This document shows positions 52,585 through 64,000 of a DNA stretch of 64,000 nucleotides, in pieces. Each line of letters starts with the position of its first letter. Positions within the stretch are counted from its first letter, which is position 1. The stretch lies in the NCBI GenBank assembly GCA_964016885.1, contig OZ024741.1, positions 372,868,001 to 372,932,000 on the forward strand, given 5' to 3'. Below the pieces are notes generated by a model. That model searched no databases. It was not told the origin of the DNA and saw only the letters and a list, made by a program, of their open reading frames with translations. The position numbers and the translations under genes are program-made. This DNA comes from Eledone cirrhosa. Its lineage: Eukaryota.

Positions 52585-52647
52585 ATTTTGTCTGACGAGA
52601 ACATGTTATACAGTAACCTTGCATCTTCGAAATATGTATAATAAAAT
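52585..52647 (+). ncRNA. Minimal type I hammerhead ribozyme in a Penelope-like remnant (~52100-52686, ~30-bp terminal inverted repeat)
   Basis: ATTTTGT-CTGACGA-GAAcATG...CATcTTC-GAA-ATATGTAT-A-ATAAAAT; same stem III and cleavage context as the 18.3-kb and 32.7-kb motifs. Confidence 0.7.
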
Positions 52648-53253
52648 AAATAGAGATGATCTACAGTAACTATCTTTCATTTATTATTATTATTATATGG
52701 CAGTGGATTGGCAGTATCGGTAGAGAGTCGGACACCATGCTTGGAAGCATAGAGTTACATCCCTTTATGATCTGAGTTCAAATCCCGCCGAGGTTAACTT
52801 TGCCTTTCATCCTTACGGGGTCGATAAAATAAAGTACCGGTAATGTACTGAGTATTTGCTGACCTTGTGCGAAAAGTAGAAACAATTATTATTATTATTA
52901 TATATATATGAGAGAGAGAGAGAGAAAGAAAGACAGAGAGAGTGAGAGGAAGGTAAAAACCCGGCCGTAATGCCAAGCGGTTTCAGCTTGTATTCGGCAA
53001 GCCTTTCTCTATACCCACTCTGCTTCTTCCCATGCATAAAGTACTCCCTTGATTTGTGTTCTCCATGGTCTCAACATTGCAGACTTTATATATATATACA
53101 AATATGGTTGGTGGTAGGAAGGGCATCCAGCCATAGAAAACCTGCCAGATACAGTTCTATACGAACGAGACATGGTCACCTGACCAATCTTGCCTCAAGT
53201 GGGACAACATCGTCTAACCCATGCTAGTGTGGAAGATGGACGTTAAATGATGA

Positions 53254-53453
53254 NNNNNNNNNNNNNNNNNNNNNNNNNNNNNNNNNNNNNNNNNNNNNNN
53301 NNNNNNNNNNNNNNNNNNNNNNNNNNNNNNNNNNNNNNNNNNNNNNNNNNNNNNNNNNNNNNNNNNNNNNNNNNNNNNNNNNNNNNNNNNNNNNNNNNNN
53401 NNNNNNNNNNNNNNNNNNNNNNNNNNNNNNNNNNNNNNNNNNNNNNNNNNNNN
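53254..53453. other. Assembly gap (200 N)
   Basis: Run of N. Confidence 1.
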
Positions 53454-54094
53454 CAAAATTCTTCATTATGAAGATAGTATGAGAACGGCAAAACTTGGAT
53501 GAACTGAGAGAGAAACTGGGTTTAAGAGGAATCCGAAGTGTTATGCAGGAGAGAAGGCTGCATTAGCACAGACTTGTGATGATGATTGCTGGGTGAAGAA
53601 GTGCCAGGAAATCCCAGTGGAAGGAAGCTGCAATAGAGGTATACCAAGGAAGACCTGTGTAGAGGTGGTGAGAACTGATCTCAAATTGCTTAGACTCACA
53701 GAGGACACGGTGAAAGAACGTGGCATGTGGAGAGATGCTGTGCTGAAAAGGACCCGTCCAACCCATGTGAGCGTGGAAACACGGACATAAAAATGATGAT
53801 GATTATGCTAGTAACTTAACATATGGTTCTTATATAAAATTATGTTGGAATATCTGATTTTAAATAGGAACCCTTTAAAAGGAGTTTTGTTTCATAGAAC
53901 TAGAACCAGTTTGGGGTAGGTTGGTATTAAAAGGGTTTTAAGAAAAATACATTTACATGGTTTCAAAATATAAAAAATTAAGATAACCTGAGAGATTTTT
54001 ACACAACTAAATAGATGTTATAATTTACATTTATTTACTTAAAATATTTTTCAATTGTTACTATTTTTGATAAATACTTCAATAATTTTAGCAA

Positions 54095-55905
54095 AGGTCA
54101 TGAGGGTCACAGAAAGAGTTATAGCGCAACTAATCAGAGAGTGAATTGATCTAGATGAAATGCAGTTTGGGTTTGTGTCAGGTAAAAGTACCATGGACGC
54201 TCTTTTCCTTGTATGACAACTACAGGAGAAGTACCTAGCTAAAAGTAAACCCCTATACTTAGCTTTTGTTGACTTGGAGAAAGCCTTTGACAGAGTCCCC
54301 CGTTCCATTATCTGGTGGGCTCTTAGAAAATTAGGAGTTGATGAATGGCTTGTGAGAGCTATACAAACCATGTATAAAGAAACAGTCAGTAAGGTTAGAA
54401 TTAACAACAAATATAGTGAAGAATTTATTGTAAAAGTTTGTGTTCATCAAGGCTCTGTCCTTAGCCCCCTCCTATTTATTATTGCCCTTCAGGCTATAAC
54501 AGAGGAGTTCAAGACCGGCTGCCCATGGGAACTCCTATATGCAGATGATCTAACTCTCATAGCTGAATTGATGGCTGAACTAGAGCAGAAATTCCAAACA
54601 TGGAAGCATGGCCTAGAATCAAAAGGCCTTAAAGTTAACTTGTCTAAGACTAAAGTTCTAGTATGTAGAGAGGAAAATAGGGTACAGGTACCCTCTGGGA
54701 AATGGCTATGCTCAGTGTGTAGGAAAGGAGTAGGTAGAAATTCCATATTATGTCCCAAATGCAAACTATGGGTACATAAAAGATGTAGTGGGATCACAGG
54801 TAAGCTATCTAAGAATGTAGATTTTATACATGGCCGATGCTTAGGTGCAATAAGTAGCAAGTGCCCACAGGCTACTAGCTCTTTCTATTGCCCAGATGGT
54901 TCTATAGAAATAGTAGACATCTTCCGTTACCTGGGTGACAAAGTCAGCAGTGGTGGAGGGTGCTCTGAAAGTTAAGAAGCTAGATCCAGAATGGGATGGA
55001 AAAAGTTCAGACAGCTTATACCACTATTGGCCACTAAAGGTTTCTCTCTAAAAATGAAAGGCAGATTGTATGATGCTTGTATACGAACAGCAATGTTACA
55101 TGGCAGTGAGACATGGGCTTTGTGTGCAGAGGATCTGCGCAGACTAGAGAGGAACGAAGCATCCATGCTGTGTTGGATGTGTAATAGTAATATACGTGAA
55201 CGACAAAGCATAAATGAATTAAGTCAGAAGTTAGGAATAAGAGGGATCAGATGCTGTTTACTTGAGAGAAGACTACGTTGGTACGGTCACGTGATGCGCA
55301 TGAAAGACGACAGTTGTATAAAAACGTGCAGGGCGATCAAAATTGATGGAAGTTACGGAGTAGGTAGACCCAGAAAAACCTGGGACGATTTGATAAATTC
55401 CAACCTTACACACTTACACCTCTCTAAGACAATGTCACTGGACCGAGATCTTTGGCGCTATGCAGTAATACAGAAGACCTGTCTTGCCTATGTACATAGC
55501 GAAACCTACAGTCAGGAGGCACCTCTTAACCAAATATATACCCCCATCCCACTACCCCTACTCCCCCACCTCCACTCCCACCAACACAACCCTTTCTCTG
55601 TAAAGTTATGTTGGTACCACAACATCCAGTCCAAAATAAATGAGGTCGTGTAGGTGTCACGATAAAAAAACACACAGTCCATGCTGTAATGTGGGCGTGT
55701 AGGTAACACAGTAAAAACCTCCCAGTCCACACTGTAAACGTGGTTGGTGTTAGGAAGAGCATCCAGCCATAGAAAACCTGCCAGACAGTCTTATATGAGC
55801 GAGACATGGTCACCCGACCAATCTTGCCTCAAGTAGGACAATTCCAGTCTAAACCCATGCTAGCGTGGAAGATAGATGTTAAACGATGATGATGATGATG
55901 ATGAT
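54095..55905 (+). mobile_element. RTE LINE family A, 5'-truncated, older subfamily
   Basis: ORFs 54274-54975 and 54991-55653, 3' UTR and (GAT)n tail. Confidence 0.95.
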
Positions 55906-56794
55906 TGGTTTTAGATTCATATAATTGGGTTTTTTTTTACCACTTAGTCAGGAGTAACTCAAGAGCTCTTGATCCTTTTCAGGGACTGTAAACTGGTGGG
56001 AGAGAAAGGGAGTAAGTTAGCTTCAAACTGGAGACCTGCCTCTCAAAAGCTAGCAGCATACTGGACTCCACTAAAGGCACCCAAGGACCATGTTGTGTGT
56101 TACACTGGGCAACTGGTTACATCTCTTACTTAAGTGAGCCATGTGTTATTGGGTGTGCAAATAACTTATACACTCCATACACTTTGTTAGGAAGAGCATC
56201 CTGTGAAGGCCATAAGCAACGTCCCTTCCTCCAAATATACCAAGTAAAAATAGTTATAGACTTGATAAACCAGAGAGACGCTTGCACTTCTTCATAGCTG
56301 CACCTGGGAAAATCCCTCTCTCCTTTCATGCCTATTGCTATGTATCTTCTATATATCTTCTACTATGAAGACCCTTTCCTCCAAACCTACCAAATAAAAA
56401 CACAAAATTGATAGGCTTGATAATCCAGAGAAAATGTTGTGCTCCCTCATAACTGTACTTGGGAGCACTCATCCTCACTTCCATGCCCATTGCTATGCTT
56501 GTATATGCTGCCTAGGTAGAGAAATATAAGAATATTAAATAAAATAGATTGAGCATGATATGAAGGCATTTGAATATTTACTGTAACCAATTTAGGTTTG
56601 ATAAAATAAAGTACCAGTCAAGTGCTGGGGGTCGATGTCATAGACTATTCCCCTCCCTCCAAATTGCTGGCCTTGTACCTAAATTAGAAACTGATATTTG
56701 GTTTAACACAAGTTTGGTGTTTTGAAAGAATAATAAAGGAATATAAAGGTGAGTAGACCCGTACACTCAATCACACACTGCATCAAAGGGGGCA

Positions 56795-57400
56795 CTAGAG
56801 TTTCCCTCTAATAATTTTTGAAGGAAGCCAACACACTCGGAGCATTGCCATAGATGATAGTGAGGCTAAAGCACTGGAATAACCAAGTATCCTCACATCA
56901 GTGCTGGATTTACCATTGTGCTTAGGTGTGCTTAAGCAGAGGGCCCAATGGCCAGAGGAACCCATCTTCCTGCCAAAAAAATCTTTTACCTCCTTTAAGG
57001 CCCAAGTAAGGGGCCTCATAACTTAACTAGCACAGGGTCTCATTTGTCCTAAATCCAGCACTGCCTCACATGCATCACCTGATACATCAGTAAAGCAAGC
57101 CACCAACAATGACAAGAGCCTTGTTGTCAGCATCCCAACTCTCCTAAACATCTCAAAATCCACAGGCTGAAAGAAATAGCTTGTTGATAATTCTTGAGGT
57201 TTTTAGAATTTTATCTTGTTTGGTTTTGGATGTATTGACTCTCACTTTCCTTGCAGCATCCAGGGTGTAGGAAGGAGCAAAAGAGTTGCTGACAGTGACA
57301 TCCCAAATGTAACATCTACCTCTTACCCAAGGGAAAATGGTAAAACTATTTGGCTTCTTCACATCAACCCTGAACACTCCAGTGGAATAGTTAGTTGCCA
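56795..57400 (-). mobile_element. Degenerate CRE-like non-LTR retrotransposon 3' end (restriction-like endonuclease)
   Basis: KPNSFTIFPWVRGRCYIWDVTVSNSFAPSY...FQPVDFE...DVSGDACE[MITE]..WLFQCFSLTIIYGNAPSVL resembles the RPDG.T..PW..G....WDVT / F.P..FET.G / FQRLS..I.RGNA motifs. Confidence 0.75.
56899..57063. mobile_element. hAT-type MITE, 165 bp
   Basis: 14-bp TIR CAGTGCTGGATTTA/TAAATCCAGCACTG and perfect 8-bp TSD CCTCACAT (56891-56898, 57064-57071). Confidence 0.92.
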
Positions 57401-57679
57401 GCTAAGTGAGTTACTTAGAATATTTTTTTAAAGGACTCATATACAGCAGCCCTGGGGCAATGTATTTTCCATCCTGTCAGTCGAGACCAAGAGGCGGAGG
57501 ATAAGATAGTTGGAGATGGAGGATACTTGTTCGGATGTCACATATTTCCTCTTCTCAACCTACTTTCACTCATACAACAGCACTATCCCATGTATATATA
57601 TATATATATATATATACATAGAAAAAGCATATAACGATATGTGCTTTTACGATTCTCTAGAAAGGCCGGAAGATAGGTA

Positions 57680-57724
57680 AATATTGCTGATGAGATGTAA
57701 CAACATCGAAACTAGTCCAATATT
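57680..57724 (+). ncRNA. Minimal type I hammerhead ribozyme, copy 1
   Basis: AATATTG-CTGATGA-GATGT aaca ACATC-GAA-ACTAGT-C-CAATATT: perfect core, 7-bp stem I, 5-bp stem II, palindromic stem III, GUC site (cleavage after 57717). Confidence 0.92.
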
Positions 57725-58145
57725 CCTTGTCTGGCTTTCTGGAGAATAGAGGAAAGATGTTTCCTCGAAAACCAGTATGACTCTAAAAACCGGTTTGTCT
57801 GTGTGTTTACATACAGAATAGCTGGACACTCACAGTAAAGTGACCAGTGAAAAACTCGGTACATCTACATATGTACACGTGTGTGTATTCATATGCATAC
57901 TAGTATTTCAGTATACATATGTGGATGTACATTTTTAACTTAATTGTTTAAGCGTCAGTCATACAAAAGTGAGTTACAAACGAAGCGAAATTTAATTTCG
58001 TTTCGTTATTTGTTTTTATCGTCTCCGTTGAACCGGTACGTACTCACGCTCTATGCAAATTGGTCTGCCCACTACTAATTTTCATAGAAAAAGCATATAA
58101 CGATATGTGCTTTTACGATTCTCTAGAAAGGCTGGAAGATAGGTA

Positions 58146-58190
58146 AATATTGCTGATGAGATGTAACAACATCGAAACTAGTCCAATATT
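58146..58190 (+). ncRNA. Minimal type I hammerhead ribozyme, copy 2
   Basis: Identical to 57680-57724; cleavage after 58183. Confidence 0.92.
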
Positions 58191-58478
58191 CCTTGTCTGG
58201 CTTTCTGGAGAATAGAGGAAAGATGTTTCCTCGAAAACCAGTATGACTCTAAAAACCGGTTTGTCTGTGTGTTTACATACAGAATAGCTGGACACTCACA
58301 GTAAAGTGACCAGTGAAAAACTCGGTACATCTACATATGTACACGTGTGTGTATTCATATGCATACTAGTATTTCAGTATACATATGTGGATGTACATTT
58401 TTAACTTAATTGTTTAAGCGTCAGTCATACAAAAGTGAGTTACAAACGAAGCGAAATTTAATTTTGTTTCGTTATTTG

Positions 58479-58515
<37 letters not shown>

Positions 58516-58649
58516 CATGCCAACACAAGAGCAAGAATGATGGGGTCATTCTACTGACATGGCTTAAAAAGACACTGTTTGCATAATTGCAAATGAATCT
58601 AGAATATTATTATTAATATTCGAAAAACTCAGATTATATTTATACATAT

Positions 58650-58976
58650 ATCATCATCATTTTACATCTGCTTTTCCCTGCTTGCAAGGGTGGGACGGGA
58701 ACTGATTCTGGCTTGAAGTCTACAGCTGGATGCCCTTCCTAACACCAATCTCATTTACAGTGAGTGCTTTTTAGTCGTGGCACCTCCACCACCACTTTAC
58801 AGTGGAATGATAGGGACCCCAGTCCCTATCATCTCATTTCTACAGCTGAGTAAACTGGAGCAATGTGAAACAAAGTGTCTTGCTCAAGGAAACAACACAT
58901 CACCCGGTCTGAGAATTGAACTCACAACCTTTCGATTGCAAGGCCAATGCTCTAACCACTAAGCCATGTGCCTCCA
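58650..58976 (-). mobile_element. SINE family 2, full length
   Basis: Reverse complement of 27577-27898. Confidence 0.9.
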
Positions 58977-59489
58977 TATCTAAACTATAATAAAGTAAGG
59001 AGCGCAGGACTGCGTACGGTTTATAATTTTTTATCCCATTAATAAAATAAGTTGGATTACTTTGAATAAATGATGAATGAATATTACATAATTCATCTAC
59101 TAAATTTTGTGGCTGTTGATTAAATATATTTTGTTTATTTAAAGATTCACTTCTTTAAAATTTTTGAAATGTCAACACTTCCAGTTGGCCATCGCTTAAA
59201 TAAACATACTCATTTTCTGTCACTAATTTTCTCCTAATGCAGTTTATATATAATATAGCCTTTTTTTAATGTATCATGGATTATGTTACTGATTAAATAA
59301 GACAGTGTAAAGCAGTCTTCGTTCAATTTGATTGTATTATATATTGTCAATTACGATTTTATTTGATTATCATATCTACATGTATATATACCTGCGTATA
59401 ATATCAGTATACACACTACACATGCTAGCAGATAACCACCACAAGGTAAAAAGCAAATAAGCTAATTAAGAGGAGAGAAAGGTGATTAG

Positions 59490-59556
<67 letters not shown>

Positions 59557-60547
59557 AATTGTGTTAACAAAATTCATTGGTATAAAAAAATTTGTTGTAA
59601 CGAAAAAATCTTTATAATGAGATCAATCGAAACAAATGGAGTGTTTGTTTGTTATTACCTCGGGGATTGAAAATATGTTTGTTATACTGAAAAATATGTT
59701 ATAATGGTATTTGTTATAATGGAATTTTACCTGTATATATACTAACTTTCTTATTATCATGCTGGTGTTTGGAACATAACAAAGATTCTTACATAAAAAC
59801 ATGGAACTTTTATTTACTGTGTTTGAACTGCACTTTTTAGCTTCTATTAATATATTGAAATAAACAATATATTTTCTCTCTTTGTAAAAGTGTTTCAAAA
59901 ATTGTATTTGTAAGGATGATGAAATTCAACTTGCCCTCAACGACTGAGATTTATCATCCATTTTCTTTTGCGTTTTTCTTTTATATCACATATGGTGTAC
60001 AAAAGCATCATTGGTTATAGATTTCCAATAGGTCAATCATTGGTTCACTGCATTTTAGATGTCTGAGCAGCTCAAGTAGAACAAATACCATACAGGGTGT
60101 TTGCGTTTGAAAGCACCAGTTCCTTCATATTTCTTGCCAATATTTACATCTTTCACTGATATATATTTATATATATATTTATATATATATATTTTTATAT
60201 ATATTTATATATATTGGTGAAAGACGTAGACACACACATATATAGATATATATATATATATATACTCACACATATATATACATACAGACACACACACACA
60301 CATATATATATATACACACACATAGATATATAAATATACACACACATTTATACATATACACACAAACTCACATACATATGTACACAATATTTCATTACTA
60401 TTATTATTATTATTATTATATCATGACTCATACACTGTTCATTTTCCTGACATTTGTACATTATTCTATGTACTATACATGCACCTTTGATGAGTTGTAG
60501 TGCACCTGAGCACTGTACACAATAATTTCATTATTATTATATATATA

Positions 60548-61055
60548 GGGCGGTGGATTGGCAGTATCGGTAGAGGGTCGGACGCCATGCTTTCCAGCAT
60601 AGTTACGTCCCTTTACGATCTGAGTTCAAATCCCGCCGAGGTTGACTTTGCCTTTCATCCTTACGGGGTCGATAAAATAAAGTACCAGTAATGCACTGGA
60701 TAATTGCTGGCCTTGTGCCTAAAGTAGAAACAATTATTATATATATATATATACATGCACACATACATATATACTAACACACGCATGCATACACACAGAC
60801 ATGCAAACATACATATATATTATCATAATTTCAGGCAGCTTTCCATTCTACTATGAATAGGAATAAATATATTTAATATATATAATTGTTTCTACTATTG
60901 GCACAAGGCCAGCAATTACCCAGTACATTACTGGTACTTTATTTTATCGACCCCGTAAGGATGAAAGGCAAAGTTAACCTCGGCAGGATTTGAACTCAGA
61001 ATGGCAAGGGCCGTAACTCTATGCGTCAAAGCACGGCGTTCGACCCTCTACCGAT
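60548..61055. mobile_element. Tail-to-tail pair of SINE family 1 copies (60548-60740 plus, 60883-61055 minus)
   Basis: Both match 16385-16575. Confidence 0.9.
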
Positions 61056-61158
61056 AATATATATAATGACAGTGATGCAGTTGCTCTTACTGGCACAAAG
61101 AAAAAGAGGCATGGAAATTCTATTTTGAGACGATACTACAAAAAAAGAATGTATAGGA

Positions 61159-61254
<96 letters not shown>

Positions 61255-61569
61255 TAGAGAGAGAGAGAGAGAAACTACCCCAAGTATTCCCCATAAGAGG
61301 AACTAACAATCTAGGTTGACAGCTATATGGTGAAAAGAGCCATTAACCCTTTCACTACCATATTTCTAATGAAATACACTGCCTTTGTGTTTCAATGAAT
61401 TTTGAAAATAACCAAACAAACATTTTGAGAGATTAAATAAAATAACTCAGTTTTTACATAGAAAGCTGATGTTTGGAGCATTACTTAACCAAACATTTCT
61501 AAAATTACATTATGATAGAAGGATTTAATAAAAGGATAACTATTTTATAATGAAAAACTTTGTATTATG

Positions 61570-62497
61570 TTTTCATGCTCAGAGTTGCTGAAGCATGGAA
61601 CAAACTACCTGCATCAATTGCTAACTGTCGGGACACTGCATCCTTCAAAACTTCCATGCTTCCTGAAATTCGCCAACACTATACCTGATATTCCCCCTCC
61701 AAACACATGCATACATATATCTGTATGTATATCATGACTCAGCATCCTTGATCATCATACTGATTTCTCTGCCTTCATATCTTTAACCTTTTTTATATCA
61801 AACCACCTGTAGCCACCCTGGCTTTATAATAGTAATGAAAATTGTTGTGTACAGTGCTCAGGTGTATTACAACTCATCAAAGGTGCATGTATAGTCCATA
61901 GAATAATGTAAAAATGTCAGGAAAGTGACCAGTGTATGAGTCATGACATACACACAGATACAAAGAACAAGTACATAAAACCTACAGTCTGATAAATGTG
62001 TCTGAACATGGAAGAGCCGAACTCCCACTGTCATCACCTCCATCTCTCTCACTCTCCCCATCTCTCTGTATTTGAGCAAATGGGGTCCCACATGCTGGCC
62101 GCCCCACGGCCCTGGCAGACAGAATGGAGAAGGCGTTTCCCCGGAATATGGTAAGGGAGATGCGCTGGTAGAGTCATTCCATCTTGCGAGGCTCACACTT
62201 GTGGCTAGCCAGCTCAGCGCCTATGGTCTATGTGTGTGTATGGAGGGGGAATATCAGGTGTAGTGTTAGAAAATTTCGGGAAGCATAGAAGTTTTGAAGG
62301 ATGCAGTATCCTGACAGCTAGCAATTGATGCAGGTAGATTGCTTTGTGTCTCGATAGCTAACAACTGATGTAGGTAGATTGTTTGGTGTCCTGATAGCTA
62401 ACAACTGATGCAGGTAGATTGTTTGGTGTCTCGATAGCTAACAACTGATGCAGGTAGATTGTTTGGTGTCCCGATAGCTAACAACTGATGCAGGTAT
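61570..62497. mobile_element. CR1-type LINE 3' ends: plus copy 61570-61740, minus copy ~61828-62497 with a 40-bp tandem repeat at its 5' break
   Basis: FMLRVAEAWNKLPASIANCRDTASFKTSM is a CR1/L2-type C-terminal RV..WN.LP....SFK motif; a related 3' UTR lies at 60421-60540. Confidence 0.75.
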
Positions 62498-62848
62498 GTA
62501 GGTGTTTATCATCCAACAACTGGCATCATCAACTGCTATAATTGCACAAGAGATCATAAAAAAGCAAATATAGAGGCAAGAAATTGATGGACCAAATTAT
62601 GGAAGTGGTAGAAAGAATTATGGTACAGCACATTAGTAGATAATAGCCAACCACTATGCTGAGCATTTGTTGACTTGGAGAAGGTCTTTGATAGTGTATG
62701 TACTCAGTAGTTTGATGGTCACTAAATGTGAATCAATGGCTTATGAGAGTTGGTCAAGCCATGTACTTGGAGGCTGGCAGCAAGGTAAGCAAGGTAATAG
62801 TGGTGATGGTGGTGTTGGCGGCTTCAAGCACTGAAAACATTATGTTAC

Positions 62849-62890
<42 letters not shown>

Positions 62891-63585
62891 AATCCCATAT
62901 ACTGTAGTGGAATAAAAAACTCTATAGGGTCCCTCATTACTTAAGGCCCTAAGTATGTGCTTACTTTGCTTAATGGTTAATCCAATGCTGTTTTAATGTA
63001 ATCTATGGGTGAACAAGTGATACACAGGTTTTCCAGGTAATCTGACAGAAAGCAAGGACTTGGTATGTAGCAGATACACACAATTAATTTGCAGTAAAAG
63101 GATCCACAAAAGGAATTGTTTTAAACAATTAAAATAATTGACCGTAAGTATTTCTTAGGTGACTTAATCATCATTGTAGCCAGTATAAGTTTGTCTTGAG
63201 CCTGGAGGCTCATCAGACCAGTGCTTATCCTGGTTTTCGTGGTGTGAACCAACTGAGAGTACAAAACTTGCTTCCCCCTGGATAGGATGCCAGTCCATTG
63301 CAGGGTTAAACCTCAAGCTAATGCTGCTATTCATTTTCAGCTGAGTATACTGGAGCAATGTGAAATGAAGTGTTTTACTCAAGAACACAGCACACAACTT
63401 GGTCCAGGAATCGAACTCACGACATTATGACCGTAAGTTCAACACCCTTAACACTAGGCCACACACATCCACAACCCAGTACAAAACTGGTTGGAAAAAG
63501 TTCAGAGAGCTATTGACAACAGTAAAACATGAGTATTGGATACAGAGGATGTGTGAAGACTGGGTAGAAAGAAGTTAAACATACT

Positions 63586-63863
63586 TGTTGTGCGAGAGTA
63601 TGACATCCCCCACCTCCCTGGTGAGGGTGACTGGACCACTACATATAAATAGTAGTGGCCTGAGTAAGTGGGAAGTCGGTATTAGTTCCACAGTTCGTGT
63701 GTTGATAGTCAAAGCTGGAGTTCAAGTTCACAGTTTGAGTTAGCGTGTTAGATTGTTGGTTCTTAAAATATTGTTGTTTCGTTTGTGTGGTTATTGATGT
63801 TTGTTTCGATTATATTATTATTACACTGTTTCAGTGTATTTGTTTATCCATAAGGATATAACA
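63586..63863 (+). mobile_element. Solo LTR (278 bp) inserted in a degenerate RTE fragment
   Basis: TGTT...AACA termini, 5-bp TSD ATACT on both sides, TATAAATA at about 63644. Confidence 0.8.
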
Positions 63864-64000
63864 ATACTTTACTGGATGTCAGCAGAGCATAATATGATGA
63901 GGAAAAATATGGCTATAAGTGGAATCAGTGTGGAAAAGGAAAGACCGTGCTGATATGGACATACAATCTATATGAAAGATAATAGTTGGGTGGAGAAGGG

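Larger units (their letters stand above)
57617..58485 (+). mobile_element. Retrozyme-like element: 1.86 tandem copies of a 466-bp non-coding unit, each with a hammerhead
   Basis: 403-bp direct repeats at 57617-58019 and 58083-58485 (2 differences seen), a 63-bp unique spacer, and (TA)n on both flanks. Confidence 0.8.

Noticed and set aside
57735-57775. Possible second hammerhead in the 466-bp unit (CTGGAGA...GAGGAAA/TTTCCTC-GAAA)
   Set aside because: A6 is missing, there are extra bases before stem II, and no stem I/III closure; kept only as a hairpin.
59551-60160. Possible pogo/Tigger MITE and transposase remnant
   Set aside because: Similarity is too weak and fragmented to call by eye.
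63195-63245. Minus-strand GAAA-ACCAG..CTGGT-CTGATGA-GCC..GGC resembling a hammerhead
   Set aside because: No stem III or NUH cleavage junction; it is the ordinary 3' tail of a CORE-type SINE.

Overview
AT-rich, microsatellite-dense animal genomic DNA. The SINE and RTE repertoire points to a coleoid cephalopod, probably an octopod (inferred). The only host coding sequence recognised is one minus-strand exon of a cAMP-specific phosphodiesterase PDE4/dunce (second half of UCR1, 25410-25517). That exon extends in frame upstream into a probable alternative first exon, so most of the window is likely PDE4 intron. The rest is nested mobile DNA. It includes two RTE-clade LINE families with a PHD finger inside the RT domain (one near-full-length copy, 38.5-42.9 kb), two tRNA-derived SINE families, CR1 and CRE-like LINE remnants, hAT, piggyBac and Tc1/mariner MITEs, and a solo LTR. 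Many short Penelope-like remnants with fold-back ends sit in (TA)n tracts. The standout signal is a set of minimal type I hammerhead ribozymes: about 8 recognisable motifs plus degenerate ones. Two are perfect copies exactly 466 bp apart in a non-coding, highly structured 1.86-mer repeat (57617-58485) that looks like a retrozyme/circular-RNA element. A 200-N gap lies at 53254-53453. Coordinates were read by eye and boundaries may be off by a few bases.
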